This document shows, piece after piece, positions 1 to 12,978 of a stretch of 64,000 bases of DNA; position 1 is the stretch's first letter; every line of letters begins with the position of its first letter. The notes under the pieces are model-generated. The model made no database searches. It saw only the letters and a program-made list of their open reading frames with translations, and was not told the origin of the DNA. The position numbers were made by a program, and so were the translations under genes. Source of the stretch: the human T2T-CHM13v2.0 reference genome, Homo sapiens; assembly GCF_009914755.1 (NCBI RefSeq), contig NC_060926.1; one strand, written 5' to 3'.

Positions 1-30
1 GAAGTCCTGTTGAAAAACTTAGCCTTATAA

Positions 31-88
31 TTAAGCAAGCTCTCCTCCCTTCCCAAAGGAAACACACTCTAGCATTTGGTCTTCTTCC
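31..88 (-). other. Candidate exon segment (acceptor to first in-frame stop) of a hypothetical minus-strand transcript
   Basis: Minus strand reads gctaattctttaacag|GGAAGAAG; the phase-2 frame gives EEDQMLECVSFGKGGELA*. Motif evidence only. Confidence 0.15.
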
Positions 89-263
89 CTGTTAAAGAAT
101 TAGCTCCTCTCAGGTTAAATGAATTGGGTACATTTAAAAAATGGGATATTACTCAGCCATATAGAAATGGAATTATAGATGCAGATATATTGTCATTACA
201 TGGATAAATGTTCCTAGTAGATGGTTAAATAATGGAAAACAAATTGCAAAACAATCTTTAGAG

Positions 264-743
264 CAGGCTTTCCTAATCTTCTTAGTTCAAGACACGTTTA
301 CATGTAGGGCACTGAAGTTATTTTGTTTTTGTGGATTTTATCTAGTGATAGTTATTTGAAATTAAAACTGAGAAATATTTAACATATTTACATCATTTAA
401 AACAACAAGAAGCCATTGCATATTTTCATTAGTAACATTTTTTATAAAAGTAATTATATTTTCCAAAGCAAGTAACAATTTAGTGAGAATAATGGCATTG
501 TTATGCATTTTGCAAATCTGTTTAATGTCTTTCTTAATAGAGGGCACATGGATTCCCATATCTGCTTCTGCCTACTGGCCTCAGAAATTTCACTCTACGT
601 CTGTGAGAAAATAAGAGTGAAAAAGGCAAAAAAATCTTAGTACTATGATAAAAACAGTTTGACATTACAAACTCCCTGAGAGGATCTTGGAGGCCCCAAG
701 ATGTCCAGATGTCCCAGGACCAAATTCTGAGAATTGTGTGCTG
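264..743. mobile_element. hAT-Charlie family non-autonomous DNA transposon remnant
   Basis: Starts with CAG after a ctttagag target-like 8-mer; has the Charlie core ttaatgtc..cttaatagagggcacatggattcccatatctgcttctgc; ends with a MER5-like ggaccaaattctgagaa terminus. Confidence 0.65.
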
Positions 744-904
744 TATGTGCCTGTATATTTACATAGATCTGTACTTACTTTCATCTGTATATCTGTGTCT
801 TACTCTCTTCTATTTCCTCAGAAAAGTTTTGGAATAACTTAGAGTCCACTAAATGATGACGGTGATGATGGTGATAAAAATAATATCACAGTATAGTTAC
901 AGCA

Positions 905-1070
905 ACATTCATAATTAACATTTTGAATACTTACTATGTTCCAGGCACTGGAATAGACACTTAAAATGACTAATTGTTTATTCTTCAGAAAAGTCCTGTT
1001 AGTCATAAAGTCTTATGATAGGTGAGGAAAGCTATTTTACAGGGAAGGAAACAGATGAGAAAGAGCACCT
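905..1070 (-). mobile_element. MIR SINE fragment
   Basis: aacattttgaatacttactatgttccaggcactg...attttacagggaaggaaac resembles the reverse complement of the MIR 3' half. Confidence 0.6.
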
Positions 1071-2621
1071 TGCCATTTAGTAATTAGATTTTATTCTAGC
1101 AGGATTTTACTCTAGCATGTATCACTCTGAAACCAATGGTAAATGTTGTAATTATAAACTATTAGAGAAAAATCAGCTAAGCAAGCACTTAAGTATGTGC
1201 GTGTGTATGCATGCCTGTTCGTATGTGCCTGTGTGTGGGTGATGGTGTATGTATTCCTGAATGCTTGTGGGTCTTTGCCTCTTCATAATACAAGCCTTTT
1301 GAGACCAGAATACCTAATAATTAATGAAACTCTAAATTGTAACCACATCTATATTGGTGATTTTTTTTTTCCATTCGTGTGGAAACATTTTCACCCTTTT
1401 GCAAGATGAGTGAAAAAGCTTTATATTTTAAGAAAGTAAAAATGACTCAAGTATGTATTTACTTTACTTAAGAATTTTGTTACACTCCTAGAGCAAAATA
1501 ATATAAATACACCAGTGGACCATTTTCATATTAATCATTGTAAAATGTTATTTATGTCTATCTTTCTGATAAGAGTTTGGCTTGGAAAATCTTTGTTATA
1601 TTTTTGTTCTAGGAAATTTATCAATTTAATAATCAGCTCTTCAATCATTTTGAATAAGTTGTTATAGACTATTGAGTACATCTAAATAAACTATCAAATA
1701 AGAATGGCAGTGACTATATTTTACAATTAACATTAGAGAACAGATTTGACTTCAAATCAACTCTAAATCTGAGGTCTAAGCAGTTTATTTCATTTACCTC
1801 CCCTCTATCAATGGTATATATGCCAGATGTGCACTTACTGGCAGATATATATCTTATATACATATATATTTACATATACAAATATATATGCATTATCAGG
1901 TTTATGAGGGAACAGTGATCCAAAAAAGTAAAAATAATTTATTTGGTCAAAATTCAATGCATCATGAAAAGAAGTGTATCTAAAGTACGTTAGTGTAATT
2001 ATGTTATTACCAAGCCTAAAAAATATTTTCTTTGAGTAAAAAATACCCTTTCAGAAATAATTACATATATTTATCACAGTTAACCTCTCTATTAATATGA
2101 AAAATTGATCATTACAGCAAGTTATTTTATCAACATCAAAAATAGTGAAAATAATAAAAGGATAATCTAAACAGGTGATTTTGTTAAAACAAGCAAAAAT
2201 TTGAATTGATCAAATATATAAGGATATTTGAGGTTAATTTCTATTTAAATTTGAAATAAATTATATTTCCCCTTAGGATCTGACATTCTGAAATGTTACA
2301 CTCAGAGAAGCCTTATTTTATAATTATTTGCTCTTACTAGGACCTATCATGAATGACATTTTTAAAGTTTGTTATAAATTCCATTTTTTGTTGCTAGAAG
2401 GAATTACTGGTTTTATGCTGTGAATATTCTGATATAATTTTGAAAGAAATGATCTTTCAGTGTGTTCATACAAACATCTCGTCCTTAATTTTTTCCCCTT
2501 TATTTAAACCTACAATGTGAAGCAGATAAACACAACATTTTTATGATCCAGTTTAACCTCTGGGATAATAAGTAGAGCATTTGCTTATTTTATTAAAGGT
2601 TACTTAAGAAAGGATAATAGA

Positions 2622-3012
<391 letters not shown>

Positions 3013-3669
3013 TTAGCCTTATTTTTACTAATATCTACCACATTCTTCCACCAGTTGCTTTCACTTTCATTATTCAGACAGGCAAACATACCCAATTATA
3101 CTTTCGCATCAGCATTCTTGTATTCCTTCCTTGTCATTCCCTGGACTGATGGGAATATGGATACTCAAGTACATTCTAAATTATAGGCAGTGTAAGAAAT
3201 AAGGAAGAGGAAACTATGGCTTGATGAATTACAGATATATTGTCTGCTCTGAAATAACCTAAAGTTAGACAAAATCCATGTGTTTGCATCCAGGTAATTT
3301 TCATGTCTCAAGTTACTATCTAGAAGTACCAGTCATTTATATGATAATAAACTTATGTCCCAGTCAGAAACAATAATTGTTTTAATTTGGAAACGGTCAC
3401 TGAAAGTTAATTCAATAAAAAAAAAATCAAAGCTATTGAAGTTACAGACTTAGTACTCTCATTTCTTTGTTTTCAACGAAATTTCCCTTGTGGAGTATTG
3501 TGGTAATAACCTAGATCTCAATTATTGAACTGCATTTAATTGTTAAATGTTATACAAATAGTACTCCATAAATCTTTACACTTTAAGAAAGATACAAGTG
3601 TTGACATTTATGGCTGGACTTGAGCTTCTCCCACTCATTTGAAGATGATATTATAGAAATGATATAGTA

Positions 3670-3943
3670 TGAATTTGGACCCCTTCCTTAAACCTTACGC
3701 AAAAATTAATTCAAGATACATTAAAGACTTAAACACAGAACCTAAAACCATAAAAACCCTAGAATACCTAGGCAATACCATTCAGGATATAGGCATGGGC
3801 AAAGACTTCATGACTAAAACACCAAAAGCAATGGCAACAAAAGCCAAAACTGACAAATGGGATCTAATTAAACTAAAAAGCTTCTGCATAGCAAAAGAAA
3901 TCATCATCAGAGTGAACAGGCAACCTACAGAATGGGAGAAAAT
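3670..3943 (+). mobile_element. Internal L1PA ORF2 fragment (no 3' UTR or poly-A)
   Basis: ORF 3669-3947 translates to L1 ORF2p (LDPFL..KINSR.IKDLN...[31 protein letters not shown]...[10 protein letters not shown]). Confidence 0.93.
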
Positions 3944-4570
3944 GTAGATTGTAGAATAAATCTGTATAACAATCTTGTATTGAAATTGTCCCTTTCTTGT
4001 AAGCAAGCTCTATCTTGTGCAGGTTTTCTTGTAGCTTCTTAGACATTAGCACTGTATTCTTTCCTATTCACTCTTTTTCTTTGATTTGCAGGAAGCCAGT
4101 TGTATTAACTGGCTCTCCATAGTGTCTGTTCTTTCATTATACACTTCCTTCTCCTTCATGTGCTTCTTCTATGTATTCTCAGAAACAAATGAAAAACAAA
4201 ACAACAAAAAATACAAAAACCCACGTCTTTTTCTAAGTTTTTTGTAATTCTTAATTATTCTGCAACGATTACTCAAAGGAATGTTTAAAAGTTAAAAGTG
4301 GTGGATTCCTCAAATATTTCCTAAGTGATAAGTGAGGGTAGGACCAGGATCAGAAAATCATATTTTACTTGTGTAAAATCTTTCTGAGTAGGTTCATTAG
4401 CTTTCTATTCATGGTATAATTGCAGGTTTAGTAATTGTGTATATGTTTTCATTGTCAACTGAGTATAGCCCCATTCAATATCCCTGTTCTAGTATCATGA
4501 ATTAGCAAATACCTATATTATATAATAATAATGATAAGAATGTTGCAGTCAGAAAAAAAAAAAAAAGCAC

Positions 4571-5013
4571 TATTATACAGAATTGGCTCATGAGATTATG
4601 GAGGCTGAAAGGTCCCAAGATCTGTAGTATGAGTCAGCAAACTGGTAACACAGGTGAGCCAATGGTATAGTTCCAGCCCAGAGGCTGGCAGGATCAAGGC
4701 CCAGGACTTCAATTTGAGTCTGAAGACAGGAAAAAGCTGATGTCCCAGTTTGAAAGCAGTCAGGGAAAAAGAACTCTGTCTTACTCTTGGGAGTTGTCTT
4801 ACTCTTGTGTTACTCTTTCTGTTCTGTTCGGGTATTTAATTGATTAGTTGAGGACCACTTACATTATGGAGGGCAATTTTCTTTACTCAGTCTACAGACT
4901 TGAATACTAAGTCTCATCAAAAACACCCTCATAAAAATACCCTAAAAATATTTGACCAAATATCTGGGCACTTTGTGTCCCAGTTAATTTGACACATAAA
5001 ATTTACCATCACA
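4571..5013 (-). mobile_element. MLT2 (ERVL) LTR, MLT2B-like
   Basis: aattggctcatgagattatggaggctga...tttgaccaaatatctgggcac...ttgacacataaaatttaccatcaca is the reverse complement of the MLT2 TGTGATGGTTAATTTTATGTGTCAAC start. Confidence 0.85.
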
Positions 5014-5321
5014 ATATATGTGGCAGGGCCTCTGATTTCCTTTCTGCGAACTGGGGATGACTTCTCACCTGCAATATTCTGAGCTTCTCAAATAGAGTTT
5101 ACCAGAAAATTTGGAAAATTAATGTTAAAAAGTACTTAATGTTTTCCAAGAAACCAATAGCCTAAAAAATTCCAAAGGCTCATCTGTTGCAGATTCCCTG
5201 CAACCAATAAACTCAGAAGGGTCATGCCTACTTAAGTGGAAAATACTTGCCTTTGGCCTGGTAAGTCATACCACTTAACACAGAGACTTTATTCTTACAA
5301 ACATGACTTGTATTAGCTTAC

Positions 5322-5438
5322 AGCTTTGAGATCCCTTTCCGAGTCAGAAGTTTTATATCTTCATCAGAGCTGTGTCCTCTGTTCTCCACAATCCAATATC
5401 CTCTTTTCCCTTGATTAATGAATGTATGCAATTCATGG
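5322..5438 (-). other. Candidate internal exon, 117 nt, phase 2-2
   Basis: Minus strand gaatttctcttttag|C...GCT|gtaagc; length is a multiple of 3 with one open frame (HELHTFINQGKRGYWIVENRGHSSDEDIKLLTRKGISK). Protein not recognised. Confidence 0.3.
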
Positions 5439-5659
5439 CTAAAAGAGAAATTCAGAGGACCATACACAGATTCTCTGAGAGGTATAGCTCTTCTAAGCAC
5501 AAACACCTGGTTTCCATATGACAACTTGCCACTTCTCCTAATTTACCAGATTAACGTGGTCTTAGGGGCAGAATCTCCCCTAAATCAGCATGTGTGAGTG
5601 TGGGTCTGAGTTGTAAACTGTCATCACATTTAGCATAGTCAATGGAAAATCATTGTAAC

Positions 5660-5830
5660 CAGAGTCAGGAGACTGGCAGCTAAGTTCTGGCTCTGCCAGT
5701 GGAGCTATTTGGAAAATTATGCTTAGGCTATCACTCCATTTGAAAAAGCAGATGTTTTCTTGTGTCAATCTACCTCTCAAGTAAATTTTAATAAGAAGAA
5801 ATGAAGGAAAGTTTAAAAATTGTATCACTG
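5660..5830 (+). mobile_element. Degraded MIR
   Basis: agagtcaggagactgg..ttctggctctgcca matches the MIR 5' core. Confidence 0.45.
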
Positions 5831-7799
5831 ATAACAAAAATGAAACAACAATTTATTTTATTGTAGCCACTGAGCCCATTGTAGTTTTTTTGCAATGTTT
5901 TAAATAATTTATTAAAGATACTGCTGTGTTGCAACGTGCTACAATTTAAATAATTGTTTTTATTGATATTCACTGGGTTAAAATCAAAGACAATATATGA
6001 CTTTAATTGAATATCATTATATTATAGGATCTTTCAGGGCTGCATTTTTATTTCTAAATAAAACATGCTTTGTTTAATTTACCTTTCTGCTCTATAAGGT
6101 CACTAAGGCTATTTTGGATGCTCTCTTTTTATTCCAACAACAATAGACATTGTATATAGGGTTTTATCTTTGCAAAATGTTTCATTTATATGAATTCTCA
6201 CAAATGAGCCATCAGAGATGAAGAATTCAAAAGATGTGGCTTATAGAAGACAAAAATATGTGTGAATCAAGGCACAGATACAGCTTTATCTTGAAATATT
6301 CAAAATTGCCAATACTAAACATCTCGGAGAATAATATTCCATAAATACTACAATGAATGCTCTTGTTCTATTGTGTTATATTCCATATAGTTAATCTACT
6401 AATATAGTAAATTATTTGCCCTCATTTCTTGTTGCTTTGAGCAGAATATATATTATCCTTTATACTGTATTTCCCCGAACAAATCACTGAATAAAAGGTC
6501 AGCCTGGATTGAATTATGTGAGCTGCTAATTTGTTTGCCATTTCATAGTTATCAAGTAATGGAAATTTACTGACTTTTCAGAAACAAATCCATAAGAAAA
6601 ATGTAACAAGAAGGAAATGTTTAAACACTTGTCACAGTCTGAAGATCAAAATGACCTGGACAAGTTATATCCTTTAGCAGAAATTGACAAGAGAGACTTG
6701 ATTGCACAGAAACTCATATGAAAATCTAGGTGTTGATTGCTTTTGGAATGCATTTCCTCTTGTTATGAATTAAAAAAGTAAGGCGGCCCTGTATGATTTG
6801 GGCAAAAATGGGATGATAACTCAGGTTGGGTCTACTTTAATAGACAACTCTCTTAAAAGCCTGTGGGCCTCTGGTCTATTTGTTTTCATGCATTAAAACC
6901 AAACCCAGAAATGTTTCTTACCCTAGTGTTTGAGCCTAGGATATAGCCTTGGAAAGATTTTCTACTGATGGCCAGCCTGGCCTTACTTGGACTGCCTCAC
7001 ATCTAGCCTCAGATTGACATCCATTCTACTGAGTAATGTAAAAATGTAGAATAGGTAGTAATACAAAGATAACCTCCCCTTTGCCTTAGGTTAAATCTGG
7101 CTGCATCTTCTTAACGAGTCATGATACTCTTTTCAGGTACAGAATATCTAACACAGGTGCTTTGGAACTGGTCTTGCTATTCTTGCTCCCCAATCTTTAT
7201 TCGACTATATATATTTCCTCCTTATATCTGCTGGCCCTAACAGGTTAGGTTAATCTAGCTTTTCTAATCCTGAATAAGAAATAATCACATTCTCTATCAA
7301 GTTGGATGATGGATAATATTCAGAAAAGGCTTCTAGCAAAGCAACGTTTTCTTCCCTTTATGGTCTCAGAATGGCCAGTTTTGATGCAAGCATTAATTCT
7401 AACAGCATCTCATTAAGACTACAACAAGTAGCCAGCACAATGTAGCACATTCAAATTCTCTTGTCAAATATATTAATGCCGTAGCCGTTCAGCATATTAA
7501 TGGCTAGTCAAGGAACTGTAAATACAATTTGAGAAAAAAAGAATTAACTTAATGGCAAAGATTACCCATTTGAAAACTCCAGGATGCTCACTTTACTGTT
7601 CCCTCCCAATTGCAACCCATTCCACATTTAGGATCTGTAAGATATAACACTGCTCTTCCTTGAATCACATTCTATTATTAGAGAGAATATTTTCATTTAT
7701 AATGAAAAGAAAACCTACTCTACTCTTTAAAATAATGAAAGGATTATACAAATTATATTTAAAGGTCAAATTTCAGGATAAGCTTTAGGTAAAATTTGA

Positions 7800-8140
7800 C
7801 CAGAATTCTGAACTCTGTCTTGTTCACTGTCTAATTCTCTGCTGTCTTCCTTGTGTTTCCCTCATGATCACAAAATGGCTACAGCTCCAGGCCTCACACT
7901 GACAGGTGCACCCCACATTGTCTAGAATGAGAAAGGGAGAGAGCACCTGTCTCCCAGAATTACCAGAAAATAAGCTGAAAGTAATTTTAAATGGAATGGT
8001 GTAAGTCACATGTTCACCTCTGAGCATATCCATCTTTTTGAACCCAGGCTACCTTAAATATCTCTGGAATGGAATGAATCTACAGTAGATATCTGGGTTT
8101 ACTGGAAAGATAGAGGGTCAAGTGATCAAGATGTCTACTT
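7800..8140 (-). mobile_element. MLT1 (ERVL-MaLR) LTR fragment
   Basis: ccctcatgatcacaaaatggctacagctccagg... with a gatgtctact end, typical of old MLT1 LTRs. Confidence 0.5.
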
Positions 8141-8309
8141 TATTAGTGGAGACCCAGAAGCAGTATCTATATGTTAAGGGTCTGTGCATCATATTATAGC
8201 TGAATATGAAGCAGATGGTAAATCTAAAGATGGAATTCAGACTGAGTTCATAGCTCATCAACATCATTTATGAAAATTGATCATTTATTTCGTTTGATTT
8301 AAACATACT

Positions 8310-8500
8310 ATTGGAGAACTATGGAATGAAGTTACAATAAAAGTTAACATGATCTTAGGCTATGTTCATAAGTATATAGTTGAAAACAGGGATGATTCTA
8401 GCCTTAGTTTCAAGTTATGCCACTTTGATTTAACATGGATTACTATTATTATGTGTGAGTATAACAATTTAAAAGTGATATTATGTGAAGAAGAACAAGG
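8310..8500 (+). mobile_element. L3/CR1 LINE fragment
   Basis: aaaagttaacatgatcttaggctatgttcataagtatatag resembles the CR1/L3 ORF2 motif aaagctaatgcaatcttaggctgcattaatagaagtatag. Confidence 0.5.
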
Positions 8501-8919
8501 AATTTAAAATAATTTCATATGACTATACTGGCCAGAAAGTCATGTTTTAGCATTAACTACATATACATTTAAGCCATTTAGCTTCTGTGTGTATGAGTCT
8601 AGGTTTCAAATATATATATATATGTGTGTGTATATATATATATATATAGTATGATATATATATGATTTTATTTTTATTTTTGACTTTTGAATGCAATGTA
8701 TTAAAGCATTCTCATTATAAAAATTCTGGTAATATTTATATTAAGTGAGCAAACCACCTTTTTACCTTCACAATATAACTTCTATCCTTATGAGTATAAT
8801 TTACATAAATATTTATGGAATTCTTGGTTTTATATTTTGCCTTTTATATAAACCACTTTAAAAAACCCACACAGCTTAAACAAATTTATATACATTTCAA
8901 TATTTTCTTCAGATATATA

Positions 8920-9105
8920 TCTTTACTGTGATAAAATATAGATCTCATAAAATTTACCATTTTAACCATTTGTAGGTATACAGTTCCACGGCATTAAGTA
9001 TATTCACACTGTTGTACACAATAGCTGCTATCCATTTACAGAACATTTTTGTCTTCCCAAACTAAACTCTGTATGCATTGAACAATAACTCCATACCTCC
9101 TTCTC
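8920..9105 (-). mobile_element. L1MB 3' end
   Basis: cataaaatttaccattttaaccattt...tacagttc..ggcattaagtatattcacactgttg...aaactctgta..cattgaacaataactcc. Confidence 0.8.
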
Positions 9106-9109
9106 TTGC

Positions 9110-9910
9110 AGTTATATTTGTAAAGACATAAAGAATTCTAAATACAATTTAAGCCCTCTTCCAACACCTTTCCTAATACTAATCACTTTCTTCACCCTCA
9201 AGATAATTCCATTCAGATGTTGGTTTGTATCCATCCCTCAATGATTTACTAGTTTTGCCAAGAGTTTACTTGTGTCTTTCAAGATTTAAATACATAGTTT
9301 TTACTCAATATTAACTGTGGAGATTTATTAAAATGAACACCTGTGACTGTGGTCCATTGATTTTAACTATTGTAACATGTTCAATTGTGTAATTACATGT
9401 CAGTGTAAGTTCTTTCTCTTTCTCGATGAATGTTTAGGTTATTTTACATTTTTCACTGTTATTATTTAATTTACTTGATATTTCAAAATTGCTATCAAAG
9501 TTGGCATACCAATTTACATTCATACTAGCAGTGAATAAGAGGTGATGTTTATTCACTTCTATTGCTAACATTTAACATGTGTTTTGCAAATTTGAGGGTA
9601 CAATTTTAATTAATTAGACTTTATTTTGCTTTTTTAACAGTAAGGTTGGGCATCTTTTCTTGGCCATTTGAATTTCCTACACATGAATTCAAAACCTTTG
9701 CCTACTTTTCACATTGGACATAATTTTAAGTTATATTTACTAATTTATATGAGGTATTTGTATTCGCTGGCTGCTAATCTTTTATAGTTTATATGTGTTA
9801 AAATAATTTTATTCAACTGTGGCTTTTCTTTTTTCTTTTCCTATGAAACCTTTTCTTGTGAACATGTCACTCATGTTAATTGGATTCAAATTACCAGTCT
9901 TTTCCTTGAT
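9110..9910 (-). mobile_element. Old L1ME fragment
   Basis: Degraded L1M 3'-region motifs (accaatttacattcatactagcagtg; ggccatttgaatttcc). Confidence 0.55.
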
Positions 9911-10346
9911 TTATATCTCTTGCTCCTGTGTTATATACCATGACCTAAACAGTGCTTGTTTTTTCATGTCTTACTTTTAATGTTTTGTCTTTTTTTCCCA
10001 CTTTTTATGACAACATCCAATGCCATGGGTATGTTTTTCTTTTCCATCTTTTATTCCTTTGTCATAAAACCCAGTTTCAAATGGCCTTCAAAGGCTTACT
10101 GGGCAGTTTACTATAATGTTTTTCAACTCTTGATGTCTGCAGGTAGGAAACAGAAGGTCACCAATTACCTGATTATTTTTAATAATTTCCTTGATATATT
10201 CCTGTTGGCAGAAAAAGATATTGAATTTGCTGATTTGCTTTCCACAGCTGTACAAAGTCTAAGGTAGTGAATGACTCAGGGCTGAAACGTAATCTCTTGG
10301 CAGCTGAGCAGGAGTGGAGGAAGGATCCCTAAATTGTTTTGATTGT

Positions 10347-11175
10347 TATTCATGGGAGGAGGTTAAACATCAACATTAACAGGAGTTTGAAAGGAGTTGA
10401 TTCCAACCCTTGTGGATAACTTTGAGAGGTTCAAGACTTCAGTGGAAGAAGTAATTGCCTATGTGGTAAAAACAGCAAGCAAACTAGAATTAAAAGTGGA
10501 GCCCGAATGTGACTAAACTGCTTCATTCCCATAATACAACTTGAATGGATGAGGAGTTACTTCTTATGGATGAGCAAATAAAGTGGTTTTTGAAATGAAG
10601 TGTACTCCTGGTGAAGATGCTGTGAACATTGTTGAGATGACAACAAAGATTTAAAATATTACATAAACTTAGTTGATAAAGCAGTGGCAACGTTTGAGAG
10701 GATTGACTCCAATATTGAAAGAAGTTCTACTGTAGGTAAAATGCTATTAATATCAAACAGCATCTCATGGAATGGAGAAATCTCTCATGAAAGAAAGGGT
10801 CCATTGATGCAGAAAACTTCATGCTGTCTGATTTAAAAATCTGCCACAGCCTCTCCAACCTTCTGCAACCACCACCCTGATCCATGAGCAGCCATCAACA
10901 CGGAGACAAGACCCTTCATCAACAAAAAGATTATGACTCATTGAAGGCTTAAAGGTTCTCATGATTTTTTGCAATGAAATATTTTTATAAATTAAGGTAT
11001 ATACATTGTTTTTTAGACATAATGATTGCACATTTAATAGACTACAATATAGGGTAAACATAACTTTTATATGCACATTTTGGGAAATCAAAAACTTTAC
11101 GTGATGCTTTATTCCATAATTTGCTTTAATACAGTGATCTGGAATGTAGCCTGCAATATTTTTGAGGTATGTCTG
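10347..11175 (+). mobile_element. Tigger1 (TcMar) 3' portion
   Basis: attcatgggaggagg..aacatcaacattaacaggagtttg...ctcctggtgaagatgctgtgaacattgttga...; ends in the TIR gaggtatgtctg followed by TA. Confidence 0.92.
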
Positions 11176-11717
11176 TATTTTTAACTTCACTGTTTAAATA
11201 TTCCATATGCCATTTGATTATAACAAAAGCATTGTGAAGTGGGCAAGGCAAGGATTTTTCCCTTACAACAAATGAGAAACAAACTCAGAGTAAATTTCTT
11301 TCTTGAGATCATATAACTAATAAAAGAGGCAGTACTGTTTTCATTAATTCATTTAATCAACCAGAAAAGTGTATAGTGATAGATGCTTTCTAGGCCTTCA
11401 GTATACAGCATCTAGTGAGAAACTATCAACTACATAACTAGATATGTTTAATTTTGTCCAATTAATACTTGGACATTTATTTACTATAGTAACTCTAGGT
11501 ACGGTCTCTGAACATTTTTTCAAATTAATCTTATTACTTCATGAATCAAGCAATGTACAAACATTATCCTCTTCTCAAGATAATGAAACATGTAGCAACT
11601 TTTAACAGGAGAATTAGCATTATTCTGGCATTTCTATAATTCCACTTAGAATGAAAGTATAATAATAAATTACAGATATCTCTGTAGTTATTAAGTTACC
11701 TAAGGGGAAAGGCCTCG

Positions 11718-11719
<2 letters not shown>

Positions 11720-11772
<53 letters not shown>
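11720..11772. repeat. (TA)~26 microsatellite
   Basis: Uninterrupted TA run directly visible. Confidence 0.98.
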
Positions 11773-11775
<3 letters not shown>

Positions 11776-12978
11776 AGTTTCTTTATCCACTGTTGATTGA
11801 TGAGCATTTGGGTTAGTTCCATGATTTTGCAATTGTGAATTGTGCTGCTATAAACATGCATGTGCAAGTATCTTTTTCGTATAATGACTTCTTTTCCTCT
11901 GGGTAGACATCCAGTAGTGGGACTGCTGGATCAAATGGTAGTTCTACTTTTAGTAATTTAAGGAGTCTCCACACTGTTTTCCATAGTGGCTGTGCTAGTT
12001 TTCACTCCCACCAGCAGTGGAGAAGTGTTCCCTGTTCACCACATCCATGGCAACATCTACTGTTTTTTAATTTTTTCATTATAGCCATTCTTATAGGAGT
12101 AAGGTGGTGTCACATCGTGCTTTTGATTTGCATTTCCCTTATCATTAGTAATGTTGAGCATTTTTTCATGTTTGTTGGCTATTTGTATATCTTCTTTTGA
12201 GAACTGTTTATTCATGTCCTTAGCCCACTTTTTGATGGGATTGTTTGTTTTATTTCTTATTGATTTGTTTGAGTTCGTTGTATATTCTGGATATTAGTCC
12301 TTTGTCAGATGTATAGATTGTGAAGATTTTCTCCCACTCTGTATGTTGTCTGTTTACTCTGCTGACTGTTCCTTTTGCTGTGCAGAAGCTCTTTAGTTTA
12401 ATTAGGTCCCAGCTATTTATCTTTGTTTTTATTGCATTTGCTTTCGGGTTCTTGCTCATGAAGTCCTTGCCTAAGCCAATGTCTAGAAGGGTTTTTCCAA
12501 TGTTATCTTCTAGAATTTTTATACTTTCAGGTCTTAGGTTTAAGTCCTTAATCCATCTCAAGTTGATTTTTGTATGAGGTGAGAGATGAGATTCCAGTTT
12601 CATCCTCCTACATGTGACTATCCAGTTATCCCAGCACCATTTGTTAAAATGGGTGTCCTTTCCCCATAGTATGTTTTTGTTTGCTTTGTCGAAGATCAGT
12701 TGACTGTAAATATTTGGGTTTATTTCTGGGTTCTCTCTTCTGTTCCATTGGTCTATGTGCCTTTATACCAGTACCATGCTGTTTTGGTGACTATGGCCTT
12801 ATAATATAGTTGAAATCAGGTAGTGTGATGCCTCCAGATTTATCCTTTTTGCTTAGTCTTGCTTTGGCTATGTGGGCTCTTTTTGGTTCCATATTAATGT
12901 TACATTTTTTTTCTAATTCTGTGAAGAATGATGGTCGTATTCTGATGGGGTTTGCGTTGAATTTTTAGATAGCTTTTG
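11760..12978 (-). mobile_element. L1PB-like fragment (ORF2 C-terminus and start of 3' UTR)
   Basis: ORF 12250-12603 (-) is L1 ORF2p; has the L1PB-type motif ataatgacttcttttcctctgggtag..ggatcaaatggtagttctacttttag. Confidence 0.92.

Noticed and set aside
6581-6729. Plus-strand acceptor followed by a protein-looking frame (MFKHLSQSEDQNDLDKLYPLAEIDKRDLIAQKLI)
   Set aside because: No frame runs acceptor to donor without a stop in the readings I checked, the donor is weak and I recognise no homology.
9956-10267. 103-aa hydrophobic ORF
   Set aside because: TTG start and T-rich composition explain the Phe/Leu bias; no recognisable domain.
10347-11175. Tigger1 as an intact or domesticated transposase
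   Set aside because: Only the 3' part with one TIR remains, and there is no long + strand ORF.
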